Positions 8,584-16,044 of a stretch of DNA of 60,531 nt are shown piece by piece. A model generated the notes under the pieces. The model was not told the DNA's origin, did no database searches, and worked only from the letters and a program-made list of their open reading frames with translations. This DNA is from a virus (Duplodnaviria; Caudoviricetes), in the IMG/VR virus record IMGVR_UViG_3300040979_000011, positions 1-60,531 of that record. One strand, 5' to 3'. The first letter of the stretch is position 1, and every line of letters begins with the position of its first letter. The position numbers and the translations under genes are program-made.

Positions 8584-9220
8584 GAGCAACCCCCATAATG
8601 AGCACGAGCGAGCCCAGATAAGCGAGTAACCCATGGAAAACGAGCGAGCCACAGCAGGCGAGTAACCCACGTAGGCTGAGCGAGCCATATGATAAGAGCA
8701 ACCCAGGACATTAGAGCGAGCCACATTAGAAGAGAAACCCATATAGGGAGAGCGAGCCATAATAAAAGAGAAACCCACGAAGCACGAGCGAGCCATCCGG
8801 ATAGATAAATCCAAACATGAAGAGCGAGCCATAGTGCGTGAGAAACCCAGCAACGTTGAGCGAGCCAATGAGCGCGAGCAACCCATTCGCGATGAGCGAG
8901 CCACATCAAGCGAGTAACCCAAGATAACGGAGCGAGCCCTTGACACTGAGCCACCCAATAAATAAGAGCGAGCCAGACTAGCTGAGCAACCCATATCGTT
9001 AGAGCGAGCCAGAACTCATGAGAAACCCATACTTGAAGAGCGAGCCCAATTTCCAGAGTAACCCATGGAAAACGAGCGAGCCACATAACGGAAGTAACCC
9101 ACAAGAACAGAGCGAGCCCTAACGTGGTGAGTAACCCATCGGCAAAGAGCGAGCCACACAACGGGAGTAAACCCATGAGAGTTGAGCGAGCCATAAGACA
9201 TGAGCAATCCAGTAAATAAC
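8584..9220 (+). repeat. TIGR-like tandem interspaced guide RNA array: 17 units of 36-37 nt plus a partial leading unit
   Basis: GAGCGAGCC-N9-GAG(T/C/A)AACCC-N9 units begin at 8606, 8642, 8678 and so on to 9110 (exact 36-nt period), then 9147 and 9184; spacers nearly all distinct. Confidence 0.9.
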
Positions 9221-9598
9221 GAGCGAAAAGAACTCGAAGACCAAGTGCGAGCCGAGCTGCAGGAGCTCGGCCGCGACATCAAAGCGAGCCTGCCAGAGGA
9301 GTTCGGTTTCGCGTTACTAGTGACCGCTGCCGAGCCGGGTGCGGCGCTGCTGTATTGTTCGACGCTTGATCGAGGCGATGTCCTGCAAATGATGCGGGAG
9401 TTCATTGCCACTAACCGGGAGGAACGGGTCTGGCAACGGGAGATGCCGGAGGTAGAGCTAAGTGAAGAGTTTGAGGCTTGGTGGGAAGCACAGCTTAAGC
9501 GCAAAGGGATGGCGGCACCAATGCCCGGTCGACCAGTGGCCGACCAAATCTACGAATGGACCAGGGACGCCTTTACCGCTGGGAGGGCGAGCGCATGA
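9200..9598 (+). CDS. Hypothetical phage protein
   Basis: LPEEFGFALLV...YCST..R.DV motif; ATG lies inside the last array unit. Confidence 0.65.
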   Translation: MSNPVNNERKELEDQVRAELQELGRDIKASLPEEFGFALLVTAAEPGAALLYCSTLDRGDVLQMMREFIATNREERVWQREMPEVELSEEFEAWWEAQLKRKGMAAPMPGRPVADQIYEWTRDAFTAGRASA

Positions 9599-10044
9599 AG
9601 AATCGCCTCAGGGAACAACTCGAGCTCATTGGCGAGCTGGAGCCAGCCTTACGGAAGTTGGCCGCTTCCATGGGGATCCGGCACGCCGTGTTAACTGAAG
9701 ACGGCGAGGTAATGGAATGCTCGTTTCTTACCTGGGCCCGGTGGTTAGACAAAAACCGCTCACACCGGATCATCGCGCAGGAGAAGTTGGAAGGCGGCTA
9801 CTTTCTTTCCACCGTGTTCCTCGGGCTCAATCATCAGTACGCGCCGGGAGCGCGGCCGCTCTGGTTTGAGACCATGCTCTTTAGCCCGCCCACGGGCTCA
9901 AAGAGTATGATCACTGGCAAAGAGCACTCGCTGGGCAATGAATGCTTTTGCCAGCGCTACGCGACATTAGCCGAAGCATTGGCTGGGCACGAGCAAGCAC
10001 TGAAAGAGTTCAGTGCTAAGGTTCGCCCTCGGCCGTCCGATTAG
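9595..10044 (+). CDS. Conserved phage hypothetical protein
   Basis: STVFLGLNH...PLWFETMLF...RYATLAEALAGH motif; ATGA coupling. Confidence 0.7.
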   Translation: MKNRLREQLELIGELEPALRKLAASMGIRHAVLTEDGEVMECSFLTWARWLDKNRSHRIIAQEKLEGGYFLSTVFLGLNHQYAPGARPLWFETMLFSPPTGSKSMITGKEHSLGNECFCQRYATLAEALAGHEQALKEFSAKVRPRPSD

Positions 10045-10112
10045 TATCCTCGTCCCCTTCCTCTCTTTCTTTTGTCAAGCTCGCTAACAACTCTTTCCAA
10101 TCAATCCAAGGC

Positions 10113-10334
10113 ATGGCGTCTACTCCTTCTTCTTGTTGCTTGTGGATACTTTACCGGATAGAGGCCAAACATTTTGTGGCCGGGCTGGTGGTTGATTCTA
10201 GTATCAACAAAGTTATCAGCGCTGCCCCGATCTTGGCCTGGAGTCTGGGTAAACATTGGCCCGATGTTATGGACGCGCTTTACCGGGCTAATTATCAAAT
10301 TGAATTTATTGGATCCTTGGACGGCTGGTTGTAG
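10113..10334 (+). CDS. Hypothetical protein
   Basis: HFVAGLVV...AAPIL.W motif seen in small phage proteins. Confidence 0.5.
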   Translation: MASTPSSCCLWILYRIEAKHFVAGLVVDSSINKVISAAPILAWSLGKHWPDVMDALYRANYQIEFIGSLDGWL

Positions 10335-10345
10335 GGCTGGTGGGG

Positions 10346-10540
10346 CTAGTTGCCGCTAAAATCCGATATCATGATCTCGTTTGGCTGCCGGCTGTACTGG
10401 TTAGCCCGCTGGCAGATTTCCCAAGCTTCTGATTCGGTGTACCGGCCAGCCTTATGTAAGTCGGTGGTGTAGCCGCTTCGCTGTGGCGTCCACCAAGCGT
10501 TATGCTCATAGCTCCAGATTAAAAAAAGATTTTCACTCAT
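10346..10540 (-). CDS. Small conserved phage protein
   Basis: IWSYEHNAWW...GYTTDLHKAGRY motif. Confidence 0.6.
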   Translation of the reverse strand: MSENLFLIWSYEHNAWWTPQRSGYTTDLHKAGRYTESEAWEICQRANQYSRQPNEIMISDFSGN

Positions 10541-10692
10541 TGTTCCTCGCCTCCCCGGCTATCCTCATGCCAGGTATCGAGTCAGCTCGATCAAGACCAT
10601 TATGGCTAGCAGTGCCAATGCCAACAAAATCAGTTTGTAGAGCCAGGGCAGTGGCTTGTCGTCGGGCTCGTGCTTCTTTTCGGACTTCATAG

Positions 10693-12564
10693 CTAAGGCG
10701 CGCTAAAGACTACATCGACCCAGTAGCTGCGCGAAACTTCGGTGGCCGGAAATTTTGTCTCGTTGCCATAACTGTATCCACCACGGGTCGCGCTCAGCGG
10801 GCCATTGGTGTAGGCGGTCGCAAAAAAGTCTTGGCTGACTGAGTAATGCCCGCCTGGCGCGTGATAGCTGACCCAGTAGGCTTGGCCGGCGCTGATTAGC
10901 ACCGGAGCATCCAGCGCGATTTCTTGCCAGCCGTAGTCGGTCTCATTGCAGAATGTTACCGCAGCCAATTGTTTGCCGCTTGCGTCCCAAAGAGCTCCGG
11001 TGTGGTTTCCGCCATTACCGGGGCCGCCTTTATAGAAGCGGATCGCTACGACCCGGCCATCGATATCGGAGATGAACTGGGTGCCGAGCTCGACACTCTT
11101 TGAATCGCTCTGCATCGCAATCTCTGGAGTCGGGCTAAAGAGCCGAACCAGCGCAAAAGGCTCTGGAGTTGGCGTCGGCCTCGGTGGGCTCGGAGTCGCA
11201 GTCGGCTCCGGAGTTGGGGTCGGGCTGGGTGGGCTTGGAGTTGGGCTTGGAGTCGGCGTCGGAACCGCACCGCTGACCAGCGGATGGGGATAAGCCAGCG
11301 GCCGATAGCTAGTCACCGGCGGATTGTACAAATGATAAGGGTAAGCGGAACTGCTCGGCGGCGAACCCGGTTGTGGGTAGCTGGGAGAGTGGACCGTTTC
11401 GCTTGGTGGCGCCAAAAAATAGTCGCGATCTTTCTGCACAAAAATTCCGTCATTGGGGTTCCAAGTACCGAAATTTCCAGGCTGTTGTGGGGCTCCGCCA
11501 AACTCGTTGTCCCAAAAGTAACAATTATTTAATTGTGCCTCAGCTGGCCAGCTGGTGCGCAAGGGATTAAATATATCGGTCCGATAACCTTCCTCATCGG
11601 TCATTGCCACTCCACGCGGCATGCTACCGCTCAGCACGGAGAACTGGTTGCGGGCAATGATCCATCTACCCCCACGCAGATAGATGAACCGATAGCCATT
11701 GTACATCTTAAAGACGCAATCGGTGAGCTCGCCCTGGATTGTGCCCTGATAGCTGCCAGCATCACGCCAGTAACCCTGGGTCCCATGGCTGCCAAAGGGG
11801 CCATCGTTGGAGCCCTTGTAAGCGCTGGTATCAAAGACACAGTGTCGGCACACGATTACTCCGGCTTGATCAAAATCGGTCAGCCCGCTCTGGCCGCCTG
11901 GACTGTAGCCCGAATCAAGCAAAAAAGTGCAATCCTCGCAGTAGACGGCGTTGCGGGTACCGAAACTGGGCGGCGCGCGCAGTTGGGGATCCCCGTTGCC
12001 ACTGACCATCCAAGCGGTTTCCTGGCCCGCATTGCGCAAGGTGCAATGGTCCATCACGCCAAAGGCGTTGTAATGCCAGTAAATCTGTCTTTTTCCGGCA
12101 TTAAAATAGCAGTGGTCGATCCGGATATTGGTCCAGCTGCCATCCATGGTCTCGGCTCGGCCGGGACCGAAAATGGCTACACAAGGTCGATCGCTGGAGG
12201 GTTTGATCACCACGTTGTCGATGTAGAAGCCCGTGACCCGGATGAAGGGATCGCCGCTTGCCCCGGCGATTGTGATCATCGCGCCGCTATAACTCGAGCT
12301 GCGAACGATCTTGGTTTCATCCATTCCGGCCCCTTGCAGAGTCAGGGCTTTAGAAATCGAGATCCCACTGCTCCAGGTCGCGGTGCCAGCCGGCACCACA
12401 ACGGTATCACCGGCTGCAGCCGAGTTAATGGCCGAGACCACATCATTCAGATTAGGGCTGGCCGCGTTGAGGGTTGCGCCTAGGAGGGCCTCAAGTGGAG
12501 CCAACAGAATTGCGGTCAGAGCCGCCGGGACCAGGAACAGATTGAGCAGGATTTTTTGGTGCAT
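10693..12564 (-). CDS. Secreted pectin-lyase-like beta-helix protein with Pro/Thr linker and C-terminal DUF4082-like domain
   Basis: Signal peptide; AINSAAAGDTVVVPAGT; RIDHCYF and DHCT beta-helix turns; (PT)n linker; VELGTQF...AIRFYKG...YWVDVVF. Confidence 0.75.
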   Translation of the reverse strand: MHQKILLNLFLVPAALTAILLAPLEALLGATLNAASPNLNDVVSAINSAAAGDTVVVPAGTATWSSGISISKALTLQGAGMDETKIVRSSSYSGAMITIAGASGDPFIRVTGFYIDNVVIKPSSDRPCVAIFGPGRAETMDGSWTNIRIDHCYFNAGKRQIYWHYNAFGVMDHCTLRNAGQETAWMVSGNGDPQLRAPPSFGTRNAVYCEDCTFLLDSGYSPGGQSGLTDFDQAGVIVCRHCVFDTSAYKGSNDGPFGSHGTQGYWRDAGSYQGTIQGELTDCVFKMYNGYRFIYLRGGRWIIARNQFSVLSGSMPRGVAMTDEEGYRTDIFNPLRTSWPAEAQLNNCYFWDNEFGGAPQQPGNFGTWNPNDGIFVQKDRDYFLAPPSETVHSPSYPQPGSPPSSSAYPYHLYNPPVTSYRPLAYPHPLVSGAVPTPTPSPTPSPPSPTPTPEPTATPSPPRPTPTPEPFALVRLFSPTPEIAMQSDSKSVELGTQFISDIDGRVVAIRFYKGGPGNGGNHTGALWDASGKQLAAVTFCNETDYGWQEIALDAPVLISAGQAYWVSYHAPGGHYSVSQDFFATAYTNGPLSATRGGYSYGNETKFPATEVSRSYWVDVVFSAP

Positions 12565-12791
12565 CGTTAGTTTTGGTATGACCCAATGTCTTAGCCCAAG
12601 GCAAGCAGCTTCTCTTTTTTTTGCGCAACGATTTTGGTGGAGCAGAAGTGTGCGCCAGTTGGAACCAAAACCCGTGATTTAAGGTGCAGTAGCCCGCCAC
12701 ATCCAGATGACCAGCGCGATCAAGAGAATGATCACAACCCAACCGAGGATGCAGAGCATCAAAACATAGAACGCGTTGGATGGTCTCAGTC

Positions 12792-13031
12792 TCAAGGTGG
12801 AATAATGATTTGTGGTTCAGGTGGTTTGGTGCGCAGAGCCGCCAGTGTGATCTCGATTTTGAACGAGCCATCCTCGCTGTTGTAATGGACGTCGCCACGC
12901 ACGGGTACAATGCGCAGATCGGCGCTCTCAAATTCGATCCACTCGCCGGCGCGCAATTGTGCTTGGCCGCTCACGCCACCTTTAAGGTCGATGATCAGTT
13001 CACTTGGCATTTGAATCCGACTCATAAGCAA
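12792..13031 (-). CDS. Hypothetical protein
   Basis: Operonic ORF. Confidence 0.45.
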   Translation of the reverse strand: MLMSRIQMPSELIIDLKGGVSGQAQLRAGEWIEFESADLRIVPVRGDVHYNSEDGSFKIEITLAALRTKPPEPQIIIPP

Positions 13032-13169
13032 TCCAGTAGTAACTGCCGGCTTCGAATTGATAATGGCCGAAAGGATGATCGGGAACTTTTAAAATGATAT
13101 TCTGGGTCAAATGAATCGGATTACGGCCATCGAGTGGTCCATCGACAAAATTGACGTAACGCCATCCTG

Positions 13170-13652
13170 GTGGCAGCGGCGGTTCATCCATTTGTTTGTT
13201 CAATTGAATTTCTCTTGGATAGTACAGATGGATCTGGAAGCAACTCTTTCTTAATGAAGAAGCCAACAATTAAGCAAGCGGGCCGAATCGTGTGCGAAGG
13301 CCAACTGCAACTGCGGTTCTGGGCCCGGGCGCTCGGGCTCGAGAAAACCGTCGCGCGCGCGCAGGAATTGATGAGTCAAAAGCCACCGCGCAAATGGGGC
13401 ATGGTGCCCATCGTCAGCGAGTACCGAGTCGATGAGCGCTTGGTCTTTTTGTTCGTGCTCCTAGTCGATATCGACGGGCTTGGAATTCAAAACGGCACTG
13501 GTGTCATCCTTTACGCTAGCCCGGAGCGCGAGAACGAAGTCCGCAAAATCCGCGACGAGATGGCGGACGATATCCTAAAGAATATCTCGAAAGAAGCCTG
13601 GAACGAGACCGTCCCGATCGACGAGGGGCGCGAAACCGATCGCCTCGATTAA
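13170..13652 (+). CDS. Hypothetical protein (true start probably MKKPTIK)
   Basis: Long ORF with globular composition. Confidence 0.5.
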   Translation: MAAAVHPFVCSIEFLLDSTDGSGSNSFLMKKPTIKQAGRIVCEGQLQLRFWARALGLEKTVARAQELMSQKPPRKWGMVPIVSEYRVDERLVFLFVLLVDIDGLGIQNGTGVILYASPERENEVRKIRDEMADDILKNISKEAWNETVPIDEGRETDRLD

Positions 13653-13813
13653 GGGATCATTCCGCCGCCGCCGGTTCCGCCCAGTCCGACAAGGCCTGAA
13701 CCTAAGGTCGGCAATTTCGGTTTAGCTGGTGGTCGGAAATTCTTCGAGCGGGCGGCCGCTTTCTTGCTGCCGGCTGCTTTGCGTTTGGGTGGAGCTTTCT
13801 TTTTGCTGGCCAT
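13649..13813 (-). CDS. Small Lys/Ala-rich basic protein
   Basis: MASKKKAPPKRKAAGSKKAAARSK. Confidence 0.5.
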   Translation of the reverse strand: MASKKKAPPKRKAAGSKKAAARSKNFRPPAKPKLPTLGSGLVGLGGTGGGGMIP

Positions 13814-13814
13814 A

Positions 13815-13967
13815 TTATTTCTTTTTCTTTTTGTAACCACCTTTAGGCTTCTGCGCCATCTCGTGTAGTTTCTTTGCGCCCATACCGGTGACTGTCGCTT
13901 TACCGGCCCGAGCGCGGGCGAGATCCGCCCCCATGAGCTTTTGTTGTTTTGGGCTTTTAGCTGGCAT
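13815..13967 (-). CDS. Small basic phage protein
   Basis: MPAKSPKQQKLMGADLARARAGK pattern common in phages; ATG overlaps the upstream stop. Confidence 0.6.
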   Translation of the reverse strand: MPAKSPKQQKLMGADLARARAGKATVTGMGAKKLHEMAQKPKGGYKKKKK

Positions 13968-14314
13968 TAGGAGCTGAAGAGGTAAGCGGGTTTGGGGGTG
14001 TGCGAGAGATCGAGCATGCCGTCGACCCCATCTAAGAAAATGGCATCCTGGCCAGCGCCTAAGCTCGCCACCCAGGCCGGGCAAAAGAGAGTGTTGGGAG
14101 CGCCCACTTGGCCTGTCATGCCGGGCAACGGATTTTGCGCGAGCACGAAAGGATCAAATTTGCGTTTAAGTGCGCGCAAGGTGTTATGGGCTGTACCACT
14201 CGCAGCCGGGTTGGCATTGGCGTCAGCGGGTTGGAGATAGCCTGCCGCGAGCTTTTGATCGCCCAGGATAATGAGAAGATCCTGTAGGGTGTTCACTCTG
14301 AATGAGGGTAGCAA
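13967..14314 (-). CDS. Hypothetical protein
   Basis: Operonic ORF; start uncertain. Confidence 0.5.
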   Translation of the reverse strand: MLPSFRVNTLQDLLIILGDQKLAAGYLQPADANANPAASGTAHNTLRALKRKFDPFVLAQNPLPGMTGQVGAPNTLFCPAWVASLGAGQDAIFLDGVDGMLDLSHTPKPAYLFSS

Positions 14315-14416
14315 GAAAAGAGCCGCTCCGATTAGGTGAGTTTTAACTCGCCCTCGGGCAAAAAGCCATCTACTTTTGCGCTCAAGAGCGCTCTTCTTCC
14401 GTGGTAACCCACGGCA

Positions 14417-16033
14417 TTGTCACAATTTAAAGGCGGCTTCCAAACTTACGCGCAGCTTCCCGTCATCGACGGGAGCGCAGCTTCTGTCGGCGACATGGCT
14501 TACACCGTCGACGACGGTGGATTCTGGGAAGCGTCGCCCCCTCCCGGTGGAACTGGTAACGGGCAATGGGCGTGGGTCGATACTCTAAAAGGCCCGCCAG
14601 GGCCTGAGGGTCCAGTAGGAGTCGGTTTACCCGGGCCAGCTGGTCAGATAGGGCCGCCTGGAATGCGAGGCGCTCAAGGGCCGCAAGGGCCGCCAGGACG
14701 CAACCTTTTCTGTTACCTGACCCAGCCCTTTAGCGTACCGGATTGCGGTGATCCGCCGATCCTGGCGTTCGTGACTGACTCCTCCTGGATGCAGCCCGGG
14801 CAATTGGTCTTTATCCCGGGTGGAGGCACCTTCACCGTGATCGGCAGCCCACCGACCGGCGGCAGCGTTTACCTCGCCAGCTCTTGTGATCCCAATAACG
14901 CGGCGGCCGGAACAGTCATCAGCGCTGGCACGATGGTCTCGCCTGCTAATTTGCGCGGGCCGATCGGCGGCCAAGGACCTCCCGGGCCGACCGGGCCACC
15001 TGGACCGCAGGGCGCAGCTGGCACTAGCGTTTACACGACGCTGAAACAGGATTTCACCATTCCGCCCGCCGATAACACGGCCCTGGCTTTCGTGATCGAT
15101 GCCGCTCCGTTCGGTGTCGGGCAGATCGTCTACATGCCAGAAGGCAACTACTTCAATGTCACCGCGACCGATACGACTCTTGACACCCTGACCTTAAATA
15201 ATCTGGGCTACCCAGGCACCGAAAGCCCAGGAACGGTTGTGCCAGTCGGAAGCTCGGTCTCAGGCACCGGCCCGCGCGGACCTCAGGGCGAAATCGGGCC
15301 AGCTGGTCCAATTGGGCCACAAGGCGCCATCGGCCAGATGCCGACCGGAGTCATCATGGCTTACGGCGCTCTGACGCCGCCAGGAGGCTGGCTCTTGTGC
15401 GATGGTAGAGCGGTTTCCCGGACGACTTATTCGGGGCTTTTCAGCATTATTTCAACCAACTGGGGCCCAGGCGATGGGGTTACGACCTTTAATCTGCCGG
15501 ATCTGCGCGGCCGCGTGCCGATCGGCATGGGAACCGGCGCGAGTGGCACCGCCTACGCGCTGGCCCAAGTCGGCGGCGAGGAGAAGCACAAGCTCGTTCT
15601 GGGCGAGATTGCTGCTCACGCCCACACTTTAACTGATCCGGGTCATACCCACCTCCAGAATGCGCATACGCACACGTTATCGGACCCCAGCCACAACCAT
15701 ACCATAAGTCAAAGCGGTCATACCCATGGCATCAATGATCCTAAACACGTTCACATGGACAAGAGCGGGGTCGCGAGTTTGGGCGGCGGCGGTACTCAGG
15801 CGGTGGCCGCCAGCGACAATGTAGCCACCTCACCCGCTGCAACCGGAATCACAATTCAGGAAGCCAACGCTAATATTGCCCTAGCAGGTGCGCTGACTGG
15901 CGTGACTGCTCTAGCCGCTACTGCAGTGAACCAGTCGCACACGACCGGAATCACCGTGGTCAGTGTAGGCGGGGACGGTTTTCACAACAATATGCAGCCT
16001 TACTTGGCTGTGCCGTGGATTATTAAAACATAA
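14417..16033 (+). CDS. Collagen-like tail fibre with phage tail-collar domain
   Basis: (G-X-Y)n runs; PTGVIMAYG...GWLLCDG.AVSRTTY..LF...TTFNLPDLRGR collar motif; HNNMQPY end. Confidence 0.9.
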   Translation: MSQFKGGFQTYAQLPVIDGSAASVGDMAYTVDDGGFWEASPPPGGTGNGQWAWVDTLKGPPGPEGPVGVGLPGPAGQIGPPGMRGAQGPQGPPGRNLFCYLTQPFSVPDCGDPPILAFVTDSSWMQPGQLVFIPGGGTFTVIGSPPTGGSVYLASSCDPNNAAAGTVISAGTMVSPANLRGPIGGQGPPGPTGPPGPQGAAGTSVYTTLKQDFTIPPADNTALAFVIDAAPFGVGQIVYMPEGNYFNVTATDTTLDTLTLNNLGYPGTESPGTVVPVGSSVSGTGPRGPQGEIGPAGPIGPQGAIGQMPTGVIMAYGALTPPGGWLLCDGRAVSRTTYSGLFSIISTNWGPGDGVTTFNLPDLRGRVPIGMGTGASGTAYALAQVGGEEKHKLVLGEIAAHAHTLTDPGHTHLQNAHTHTLSDPSHNHTISQSGHTHGINDPKHVHMDKSGVASLGGGGTQAVAASDNVATSPAATGITIQEANANIALAGALTGVTALAATAVNQSHTTGITVVSVGGDGFHNNMQPYLAVPWIIKT

Positions 16034-16044
16034 ACGGAGGCAAA

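Noticed and set aside
8532-9194. Minus-strand ORFs with 12-aa WLA/WV or ARS periodicity (220 aa and 148 aa)
   Set aside because: By-products of the 36-nt array; conservation is at nucleotide level and the period shifts to 37 nt
8584-9220. CRISPR array
   Set aside because: Two alternating 9-nt repeats with 9-nt spacers do not fit CRISPR dimensions, and there are no cas genes
9029-9220. Self-targeting of the phage operator by spacers atacttgaa and agtaaataa (similar to 44538-44559 and 1581-1589)
   Set aside because: Only 8-9 nt AT-rich matches and the partner half-spacers do not match adjacent sequence; compatible with chance, although no exhaustive search was possible
11160-11262. GGAGTT/GGAGTC short repeats
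   Set aside because: Encode the Pro/Thr linker of 10693..12564
11533-12483. Long antisense ORFs (316 aa here; also 7453..8103, 31898..32539, 49757..50410, 54762..55547, 59274..60047)
   Set aside because: Shadows of well-supported genes on the opposite strand, expected in GC-rich DNA
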